Positions 38,346 to 44,862 of a stretch of DNA of 45,168 nucleotides are shown here, piece by piece. Origin of the DNA: Candidatus Roizmanbacteria bacterium (GTDB lineage Bacteria; Patescibacteriota; Microgenomatia; UBA1406; GWC2-37-13); contig JBBIRE010000001.1 of NCBI GenBank assembly GCA_037441985.1, forward strand, positions 1 to 45,168, in the 5' to 3' direction. Within the stretch, counting starts at the first letter, position 1; every line of letters begins with the position of its first letter. A program made the translations under genes and the position numbers. The notes beneath the pieces are model-generated. The model saw only the letters and a list, made by a program, of their open reading frames with translations, ran no database searches and had not been told where the DNA came from.

Positions 38346-39462
38346 ACTTTCTATTCATTACTTGATTAACAAATTTTAAAATATTTTTCGTAAAATTATG
38401 ACAACTAAATTTCTCAGCGGTTTTTCTTGCATTTTTTTTCATCAATAATAATTGTTGAATATCCATTTTTTCATAAACTTTTATTGTTTCAATTAATGCC
38501 TCAGGGTTGAGAGAGTTAAATAAAAAACCATTAGTTTTATCTTTTAAATATTCAGGGATACCTCCAGATCTAAAGGCAATTACTGGCAATCCATAGCCCA
38601 TGGCTTCAACTGGGGCAATTCCAAATTCCTCATCAACCGAGGCAAAAAGAAAGGCTTTTGCTTCTTGATAAAGTTTTGCCAACTTTGCGTCAGAAACATG
38701 ATTTAAAAATTCAATATTTTTATCAGCAATTGATTTAAGATATTTTTCATCTCGTCCTATTCCCACGATTTTTAGATTAAATTTAGCCAATTTAGCCGCT
38801 TCAATTAACAGATCGAGATGTTTTGCTTTGGCAAGACGAGAGACAGTGAGATAATAATTTTCACCGTTAGTTTTATAAGAAATTTTTTTAGGAATGTTAA
38901 CTGGAGGATAGATGACGGTTGCCTCTCGTCGATAAAACTTTTTAATTCTTTTTTTAGTCTCATACGAGTTAGCGATCAGATAGTCTGGTCTTTGACTGGA
39001 ATAAAAATCCCAGATTCTTAAAAAATGATTAACCAGGTAAGCATAGATTTTAACTGGAAGATACCTTTTCCATTCAATAGCGGTTTCATATCCGTAAAGA
39101 TATCTTGGTGGATGATGAAGATAGGCGATGTGAATAGTTGGTTTTTTTACCTTAATACCTTTTGACATCCATGAACCAGAAGAAGAAATAACAAGATCGT
39201 ATTTTGAAAAATCAAAACTTTCCCAAATAAAGGGAGTAAGAAATCGGAAAGGAGAATAGTAATTTTTAACTAAAGGAATTCTTCCAAACCAAGAAGAATA
39301 TATGCGCCAATTTTTTAAATAGTTTTTTTTATCTTTTAGTTTTTTTGGATTATAGACGGTAGTATAAATATCGGCTAAGGGAAAGATTTTTTTCAGTTCG
39401 ATTAAGACTCTTTCGGCGCCCCCAAATTCAATTAATTGATCATGAACAAGGGCAACTTTCAT
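38323..39462 (-). CDS. Glycosyltransferase family 4 (Pfam Glycos_transf_1)
   Basis: MKVALVHDQLIEFGGAERV N-terminus and EEFGIAPVEAMGYGLPVIAF motif. Confidence 0.85.
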   Translation of the reverse strand: MKVALVHDQLIEFGGAERVLIELKKIFPLADIYTTVYNPKKLKDKKNYLKNWRIYSSWFGRIPLVKNYYSPFRFLTPFIWESFDFSKYDLVISSSGSWMSKGIKVKKPTIHIAYLHHPPRYLYGYETAIEWKRYLPVKIYAYLVNHFLRIWDFYSSQRPDYLIANSYETKKRIKKFYRREATVIYPPVNIPKKISYKTNGENYYLTVSRLAKAKHLDLLIEAAKLAKFNLKIVGIGRDEKYLKSIADKNIEFLNHVSDAKLAKLYQEAKAFLFASVDEEFGIAPVEAMGYGLPVIAFRSGGIPEYLKDKTNGFLFNSLNPEALIETIKVYEKMDIQQLLLMKKNARKTAEKFSCHNFTKNILKFVNQVMNRKYARITRS

Positions 39463-39470
39463 TGGTTGAT

Positions 39471-39478
39471 ATTATAAT
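39471..39478. promoter_or_regulatory. Palindromic -10 box ATTATAAT shared by the divergent GT4 and uppP genes
   Basis: It lies in the 22-nt intergenic region. TATAAT reads on the + strand 6 nt before the uppP ATG (39485), and on the - strand 8 nt before the GT4 ATG (39462). Confidence 0.45.
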
Positions 39479-39484
39479 TAATTG

Positions 39485-40273
39485 ATGAATCTTTTTCACG
39501 TGATACTCTTAGGAACAATTGAGGGAATAACAGAATTTTTACCAATTTCTTCAACCGCTCATTTAATATTATTTTCTCATATTCTTAATTTTTCTCAAAA
39601 TGATTTTCAAAAACTTTATGAGGTAGTGATTCAGGGAGGAGCAATTTTAGCGATTATTTTTTTATACTTTCGTTTTCTTTTAAAAAATCGATTTCTTTGG
39701 TCAAAACTTATTATTTCTTTTCTTCCAACAGCTTTTTTTGGTTTTATTTTTTATCGGTTAATAAAAAATGTTTTTTTTGAAGTAAAAGTTTTGATTTTAG
39801 GATCGTTGTTTGTCATCGGTTTAACTTTTATTTTTATTGAATCTTTAATTAATAAAAAAAAGATTGTTCTAAGAAAAAAATTAGTTGATTTACGTTTTTT
39901 TTATGCTTTTCTTATTGGTGTATTCCAATCGTTAGCAATTATTCCTGGTGTTTCCCGTGCCGGAATTATTATTTTAGTAATGCTTTTATTGGGTTTTAAA
40001 AGAGAAGAAGCCGCAATTTATTCTTTTCTTTTGGCAGTTCCAACAATATTGAGTGCTGCTTTCTTTGATCTGTATAAAAATAGAGAGCTATTAAGTGCTG
40101 TGAACGCGAATAAAATTCAGATTTTAATTTTGGGAACTTTTATTTCTTTTATTACTGCTTTAATCTCAGTTAAATGGCTCATTACTTTTCTAAAAAAAAA
40201 TTCTTTAATAACTTTTGGTTGGTATCGAATTATTTTTTCTCTGATCTATTTTTTATTATTTATCTTGTTATAA
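39485..40273 (+). CDS. uppP: Undecaprenyl-diphosphate phosphatase
   Basis: GTIEGITEFLPISSTAHLIL and IIPGVSRAG signature motifs of BacA/UppP. About 8 TM segments. Confidence 0.93.
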   Translation: MNLFHVILLGTIEGITEFLPISSTAHLILFSHILNFSQNDFQKLYEVVIQGGAILAIIFLYFRFLLKNRFLWSKLIISFLPTAFFGFIFYRLIKNVFFEVKVLILGSLFVIGLTFIFIESLINKKKIVLRKKLVDLRFFYAFLIGVFQSLAIIPGVSRAGIIILVMLLLGFKREEAAIYSFLLAVPTILSAAFFDLYKNRELLSAVNANKIQILILGTFISFITALISVKWLITFLKKNSLITFGWYRIIFSLIYFLLFILL

Positions 40274-40283
40274 TAGGATAGCA

Positions 40284-40359
40284 GCCCTTGTAGCTTAACG
40301 GATAAAGCGTCGGCCTCCGGAGCCGAAGATTAAGGGTTCAATTCCCTTCAAGGGCACCA
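40284..40359 (+). tRNA. tRNA-Arg (anticodon CCG), CCA encoded
   Basis: The manual cloverleaf is perfect. Acceptor GCCCTTG/CAAGGGC, D stem GCTT/AAGC, anticodon stem TCGGC/GCCGA with loop CT-CCG-GA, T arm AAGGG-TTCAATT-CCCTT, discriminator A, then CCA. Confidence 0.9.
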
Positions 40360-40362
40360 AAA

Positions 40363-40435
40363 GGGCCTGTAGCTCAATTGGTAGAGCGTCCCGTTCGCTG
40401 CGGGAAGGTTGCCGGTTCGATTCCGGTCAGGTCCA
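40363..40435 (+). tRNA. tRNA-Ala (anticodon CGC)
   Basis: Acceptor GGGCCTG/CAGGTCC carries the G3:U70 Ala identity pair. Anticodon stem TCCCG/CGGGA with loop TT-CGC-TG, T arm GCCGG-TTCGATT-CCGGT. No CCA is encoded. Position 37 is a pyrimidine, which is unusual. Confidence 0.8.
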
Positions 40436-40654
40436 CTAAAGTAATTAAACATTAAACTTTAAACTTCAAACATCAAAAAAAAGGGAAAAAACAGACTAAA
40501 GTTTTAATTTAATTTCAGAATACGAGTATTTACTTTGAATTTTGAGACTTTAAATATTAAAAATATTTTATTGATTTAATGCTCCAAAAGTTTATTTTTG
40601 TTGTTTATATCAAGCTGAATTTTAAAGAAAAATTTTCTATATTATCAGTTTAAA

Positions 40655-40873
40655 ATGCAAGGAAATAATTTTTACAAGAAATTAGGAGAAAGAATTAGTT
40701 TTATAAGAAAAACTAAAAAATTTTCTCAATATCAATTGGCAGATAAGGCTAAGATAAATCGAAGTTATTTAGCGATGGTCGAGTCCGGTAAGTCCAATCC
40801 ATCAGTGAAATTTTTAAGAAAATTAGCTCTCATTTTAAAAATAAAACTGAGCGATTTGTTTAGGGGACTTTAA
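40655..40873 (+). CDS. XRE-family helix-turn-helix transcriptional regulator
   Basis: 72 aa. LGERISFIRKTKKFSQYQLADKAKINRSYLAMVESGKSNPSVKFLRKLA is a canonical HTH_3 domain. Confidence 0.85.
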   Translation: MQGNNFYKKLGERISFIRKTKKFSQYQLADKAKINRSYLAMVESGKSNPSVKFLRKLALILKIKLSDLFRGL

Positions 40874-40941
40874 TTTATTCTTATCTACGAGTTTTAGTTA
40901 ATTGATTCAATTTTCCTTTGATAAAATATATTTAAACTTAA

Positions 40942-41016
40942 GCGTCCGTAGCTCAGTGGTAGAGCACCACTCTTATAAAGTGGGAGTCGATGGTTCGAAT
41001 CCATCCGGACGCACCA
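40942..41016 (+). tRNA. tRNA-Ile (anticodon UAU), CCA encoded
   Basis: All four stems of the manual cloverleaf are perfect. Acceptor GCGTCCG/CGGACGC, D stem GCTC/GAGC, anticodon stem CCACT/AGTGG with loop CT-TAT-AA, T arm GATGG-TTCGAAT-CCATC, then A-CCA. Confidence 0.85.
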
Positions 41017-41018
41017 AT

Positions 41019-41213
41019 ATGGGAAAAATATTAATTTTAATCGGTTTGATTTGTATATTGAGCGGCTTATTGATTAATTTTTTTCCTCAATATCCTTTTT
41101 TGCCCGGAGATGTTTTTATTAAAAAAGAAAACTTTGTTTTTATTTTCCCAATTACCACTTCAATTATTTTAAGTATTGTTATTTCTTTAATTTTATATTT
41201 TTTCAACCGATGA
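41019..41213 (+). CDS. DUF2905-family small membrane protein
   Basis: MGKILILIGLICILSGLL...FLPGDVFIKKENFVFIFPITTSIILSIVISLIL matches the DUF2905 pattern (two TM segments around LPGD-x-n-N-x-x-F-x-FP). The listed ORF start (40902) runs through the tRNA gene and is rejected. Confidence 0.8.
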   Translation: MGKILILIGLICILSGLLINFFPQYPFLPGDVFIKKENFVFIFPITTSIILSIVISLILYFFNR

Positions 41214-41313
41214 AAAAAAACACAATAATTGGTAGGAAGGTCTCTTATCGCACCCCAACATGGTTTAAAGAGAAAGTTAGAAAAAAGATTCTTAAAATAA
41301 AAAATTCATTTTC

Positions 41314-41342
41314 TTCAAAAAACTATCAATAAAGTTTATAAT
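41314..41342 (+). promoter_or_regulatory. Candidate promoter TTCAAA-N17-TATAAT giving a leaderless transcript
   Basis: TTCAAA at 41314-41319, a 17-nt spacer, TATAAT at 41337-41342. Only 6 nt separate the -10 box from the ATG at 41349. Confidence 0.4.
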
Positions 41343-41348
41343 TTGATT

Positions 41349-42389
41349 ATGACCTTGACCGAACTTTCATACTATGTGAGAAAAGCAGCGCCTTTATTAA
41401 TAATTTTTACTTTATTTTTATTTATCTTTTATTATTTAATAAAGCTTGTTTTTTTATTGACAGAAAAACCTAAAACTTCTAGTTTATTTATCAATCCTAT
41501 TTTTGACAAAATTGAAAAACCAGTATTAAAAGAAGCTACTCCTAGTGGTGGTTTAAGTTATATTTTGGATAATATCGAGGGAAAACCAGTGACAGCCACT
41601 TTATCAGCAAAGGTATTTTTTATTCCCGAACCACAATCTCGGCTCACTTATCGAAGTCGACTACTTTTGATGGCGAATCAATTTGGTTTTGATACCGATA
41701 TCACTAAGTACAAACTGATAAATGACGAAGCTTTTTTTTCTGACAATGACAAAAAACTTTATATTAATATCAAAAATTATAATTTCCAATATGAATATGA
41801 TTTTGGACAACACCGAGAAATCTTTATCCAAGCGGCGCTTCCTCAAGAAAAAGACATCGAGCAAAAAACGGTCGATTTTTTAAAATCAATTGATCGCTAT
41901 CCAGAAGATTTAGCTAAAGGGAAAATAAATTTTTTATATTTTTATTACGACAACGTAAATAATGTAATTTCTCCAAGTTCTTTTGAGAAGGCCAATGTAG
42001 TAGAACTGGATTTTTTTCCTCAAGATGTTGAAAACTACCCTGTTTTTTATGAAAAATTTCAAACGAGTCCTAATCACGTGATCGCCACCTTTGTTAATGG
42101 GGAAATTGAAATTTTAAAAGCAAAAATTTCCTATTTTGAAAAAGCATATGATCAATTTGGTGTTTATCCTTTAAAAACGGGTGATCAAGCCTATGAAGAA
42201 TTAATCTCTGGTAAGGGTTTGATTATTAGCAACGAGGTAAAGGGGAAACAAATTACCATTAACAAAATGTTTTTATCTTATTTAGATTTGGAAAGTTATT
42301 TCCCTTACTTTCAACCAATTTATGTTTTTTTAGGAAACAATAATTTTGTCGCTTATGTTTTTGCAATTAGTAACGATTATTTAAAGTAA
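41349..42389 (+). CDS. Hypothetical N-terminally anchored extracytoplasmic protein
   Basis: A single N-terminal TM (APLLIIFTLFLFIFYYLIKLVFLL) followed by about 300 aa of non-hydrophobic sequence. No motif recognised. Its 3' end overlaps the convergent DD-carboxypeptidase gene by 23 nt. Confidence 0.6.
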   Translation: MTLTELSYYVRKAAPLLIIFTLFLFIFYYLIKLVFLLTEKPKTSSLFINPIFDKIEKPVLKEATPSGGLSYILDNIEGKPVTATLSAKVFFIPEPQSRLTYRSRLLLMANQFGFDTDITKYKLINDEAFFSDNDKKLYINIKNYNFQYEYDFGQHREIFIQAALPQEKDIEQKTVDFLKSIDRYPEDLAKGKINFLYFYYDNVNNVISPSSFEKANVVELDFFPQDVENYPVFYEKFQTSPNHVIATFVNGEIEILKAKISYFEKAYDQFGVYPLKTGDQAYEELISGKGLIISNEVKGKQITINKMFLSYLDLESYFPYFQPIYVFLGNNNFVAYVFAISNDYLK

Positions 42390-43311
42390 TTTTTTTTAAC
42401 TTAAGGTAATCAATATTGTTGTTAATCCAATTAATGATTTCCTTTGTTTGTGCAAATCTGTTTTCACTTTTTAAAACAACAATAATGAATTGATGACCAT
42501 CATTTTTATAAAAAGAGACGAGATTTTGACCGGCTTCTTCAGTATAGCCAGTTTTTATTCCTCCTAAACCAGGAATTTCTCCAAGTAGGTTGTTAACATT
42601 TACCAAATGATGATAGTATTTAAAATCAACATCAGAAATCGTAATTTCTTTAATCGCCGTCATTTTTGCTAAATAGGGATTTTTAAGCAATTCTCGACTC
42701 GCCAAAGCGATATCAAAAGGTGTTGTATAATGATTTAAGCTATCAAAACCAGCCGGATTATCAAACTGTGAATTTTTCATAAAAAGAGATTTGGCTTTAT
42801 TATTCATTAAGTTTATAAATTTTTTTTCTCCATAAGATTGAGCTAAAGCAAAGGCCGCGTCATTAGCCGAATGGATTAAAATTCCATAAAGAAGATTTTC
42901 CGTCATAATTTTTTCGCCATCAACCAAATTCATAATTTGGCCTTCGGCAACGGGATTTTTGACAGTGATAATTCTTTGAGGAGAATAAACGTCAAAGGTA
43001 ACTAAAGCGGTTACGATTTTTGTTAGTGAAGCTGGATGAAATCTCTTAAAAGCATTTTTTTTATAAAGAGGGGTAAAAGATTTAAGATCAACAACATAGA
43101 CACCATCAGCAAAGATATTTGGTTGAAAGAAGCGATTTTTAATATAAGGGATGCTATTGATGTTAATTGTCAATGGTTGATTTTTTTTTTGAAATAAAGG
43201 TCGATCGTAGGCAAAAATATGAACCTGATAATTACTCCCTGGATAAAATAAAAAAAATAAAGTAAAAAAAATGTAAAAAAATAAAAATCGCCAATGAGTA
43301 AATTTTTTCAT
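42367..43311 (-). CDS. D-alanyl-D-alanine carboxypeptidase (peptidase S11, PBP5-like)
   Basis: N-terminal anchor/signal, SxxK (PASLTKI), SxN (HSANDAA) and KTG (GIKTGYT) motifs in the canonical order. Confidence 0.88.
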   Translation of the reverse strand: MKKFTHWRFLFFYIFFTLFFLFYPGSNYQVHIFAYDRPLFQKKNQPLTININSIPYIKNRFFQPNIFADGVYVVDLKSFTPLYKKNAFKRFHPASLTKIVTALVTFDVYSPQRIITVKNPVAEGQIMNLVDGEKIMTENLLYGILIHSANDAAFALAQSYGEKKFINLMNNKAKSLFMKNSQFDNPAGFDSLNHYTTPFDIALASRELLKNPYLAKMTAIKEITISDVDFKYYHHLVNVNNLLGEIPGLGGIKTGYTEEAGQNLVSFYKNDGHQFIIVVLKSENRFAQTKEIINWINNNIDYLKLKKITLNNRY

Positions 43312-44684
43312 TCTTCCTTTATTTTTATTCCTAATTCGTTTAATTGATGATCATCAACTTCGGATGGAGCTTCCATGACCGAAGTTTTTCCACCAGAAGA
43401 AGCTGGAAAGGCAATCACTTCTCTTACCGAGGGTTCATTTAGAATAATTTGAAGCAACCGATCCAATCCTAAAGCAATGCCACCGTGAGGAGGAACGCCG
43501 TAAGAAAACGCCTCTAAAAGATGACCAAATTTTTTTTCCACCTCACTTTTTTTATGGCCCATAATTTCAAAAATTTTGGTTTGCAATTTTGGATCAGTGA
43601 TTCTTATTGATCCGCCGCCAACTTCATAGCCATTAAGAACTAAATCATATTGATCGGCCCTAACCTTAGCGATATCTCCTTTTTCTAACAGATTAATATC
43701 TTCTTCTTTAGGTTTGGTAAAAGGATGATGAGTGGCATCCCAACGATTTTCATTTTCTTTCCATTCAAATGCTGGAAAGTCAACTATCCAACAAAAAGCA
43801 AGGAGGTTATGAGCAGTTTTATCTTGACGAATGTCAGGTCGATCAGAATGGTATTTTTTCATTGCCTCATCATAGGTAATCACCGGGAAGGGCAATTGAA
43901 AAAACTTTTTTTCTGGAAAGATCGTTTTGATAACAAAACTTAAGAGATTTTCGATTAACTGACGGATTTTTTTTTGACTAGTAAATGATTCTTCAATATC
44001 TAACTGTGTGAATTCGCCGTAAGCCCGATCAGCGCGGGGATCTTCATCTCTAAAACAGCGAGCGATTTGAAAATATTTTTCAATACCGGCAACCATTAAT
44101 AGTTGTTTGTATTGTTGGGGAGATTGAGGAAGAGCATAAAATTTTCCTGGTTGGAGTCTTGAGGGAACAATAAAATCTCGAGCTCCTTCAGGCGTTGCCT
44201 TAGTTAAAATTGGGGTTTCGATTTCGACAAAATTATTTTCAGTCATAAAATCTCGAATAGCTTTTATCATTTTAGCTCGAATGAGGAGATTATTTTTCAT
44301 CCTTTCTCTTCGAAGATCGAGATAGCGGTACTTTAATCTGATTTCTTCATCTATTTCATAGCCATCAGTATTGATTGGCAAGGGCAATGGTTTAGCTTGA
44401 GATAGAACCTTAAATTCTTTAATTTCAATCTCAATTCTACCAGTTTCTATTTTCGGATTGATTAGTTTTGGTGGCCTTTCCTTAACTATTCCTTTTATCC
44501 ACATAACATCTTCTTGATTAATGTTTTTAAGATTTTCGTTTCCTACTGTTTGAATTAAACCAGTTCGATCTCGAAGATCGATAAAAACAACTTTTTTATG
44601 GTCTCTTTTTGAATCGACCCATCCAAATAATTCTATTGTTTCTCCAATGTAGCTAATAGTATCCTTAATAAAAATTGTTTTCAT
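43308..44684 (-). CDS. aspS: Aspartate--tRNA ligase, bacterial-type core but lacking the insertion (GAD) domain
   Basis: OB-fold N-terminus, FYALPQSPQQYKQLLM, CFRDEDPRADR, GGGSIR and GLDRL class II motifs. It is 458 aa, against roughly 590 aa for typical bacterial AspRS. Confidence 0.92.
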   Translation of the reverse strand: MKTIFIKDTISYIGETIELFGWVDSKRDHKKVVFIDLRDRTGLIQTVGNENLKNINQEDVMWIKGIVKERPPKLINPKIETGRIEIEIKEFKVLSQAKPLPLPINTDGYEIDEEIRLKYRYLDLRRERMKNNLLIRAKMIKAIRDFMTENNFVEIETPILTKATPEGARDFIVPSRLQPGKFYALPQSPQQYKQLLMVAGIEKYFQIARCFRDEDPRADRAYGEFTQLDIEESFTSQKKIRQLIENLLSFVIKTIFPEKKFFQLPFPVITYDEAMKKYHSDRPDIRQDKTAHNLLAFCWIVDFPAFEWKENENRWDATHHPFTKPKEEDINLLEKGDIAKVRADQYDLVLNGYEVGGGSIRITDPKLQTKIFEIMGHKKSEVEKKFGHLLEAFSYGVPPHGGIALGLDRLLQIILNEPSVREVIAFPASSGGKTSVMEAPSEVDDHQLNELGIKIKEE

Positions 44685-44767
44685 AAAAATATGATATTAA
44701 TTATAACAACAAATATTAATTTGTTTTTATATTTTCACTGAAAAAGTTACGAAACATATGAGACTTT

Positions 44768-44797
44768 TTAGGGATAAAAAATTAGATTAATGAAGGG
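44768..44797. repeat. IS left terminal inverted repeat (IR-L)
   Basis: TTAGGGATAAAAAATTAGATTAATGAAGGG matches the reverse complement of 337-364 and lies 66 nt upstream of the transposase ATG. Confidence 0.6.
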
Positions 44798-44862
44798 ATC
44801 AATTGGAGTCTCAACCACATATCAGGATATATTCTTTGGTACTCCTTTATATAAAAAAATCT

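Noticed and set aside
10372-39462. The ArnT-like genes as a polymyxin-resistance or lipid A aminoarabinose (arn) locus, or the island as a standard Wzx/Wzy O-antigen cluster
   Set aside because: No arnA/B/D-type genes, lipid A genes, Wzy, Wzz, WaaL or initiating phosphoglycosyltransferase could be recognised. The number and diversity of GT-C genes is far beyond those systems.
40447-40474. Four tandem 7-bp units (AAACATT AAACTTT AAACTTC AAACATC) after tRNA-Ala, considered as a CRISPR-like, iteron or binding-site array
   Set aside because: The array is only 28 bp, the units are degenerate, and it sits in A-rich low-complexity DNA. There are no spacers and no flanking cas or rep genes, so it is most likely compositional.
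40655-40873. The XRE regulator as the antitoxin of a toxin-antitoxin or phage-defence module
   Set aside because: There is no partner ORF. It is flanked by tRNA genes and non-coding DNA, and no nuclease, kinase, ATPase or reverse-transcriptase gene occurs anywhere in the window.
40902-41018. First 39 codons of the listed ORF 40902-41213
   Set aside because: This part is the translation of the tRNA-Ile gene sequence (…SVVEHHSYKVGVDGSNPSGRTN). The real CDS is the DUF2905 protein starting at 41019.
12151-43943. Other short ORFs nested in or antisense to island and core genes (12151-12414, 12855-13037, 17106-17333, 20764-21042, 21052-21234, 23190-23414, 29790-30026, 38818-39021, 41661-41864, 43725-43943)
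   Set aside because: All overlap longer ORFs that have recognisable family motifs. Their composition (K/I/F/N-rich) is what AT-rich antisense or alternative-frame translation produces.
44700-44708. Extended -10 (TGTTATAAT on the minus strand) as the aspS promoter
   Set aside because: It is plausible, lying 15 nt upstream of the ATG, but -10-like hexamers are too frequent in DNA this AT-rich, and no -35 element supports it. It is not reported as a feature.
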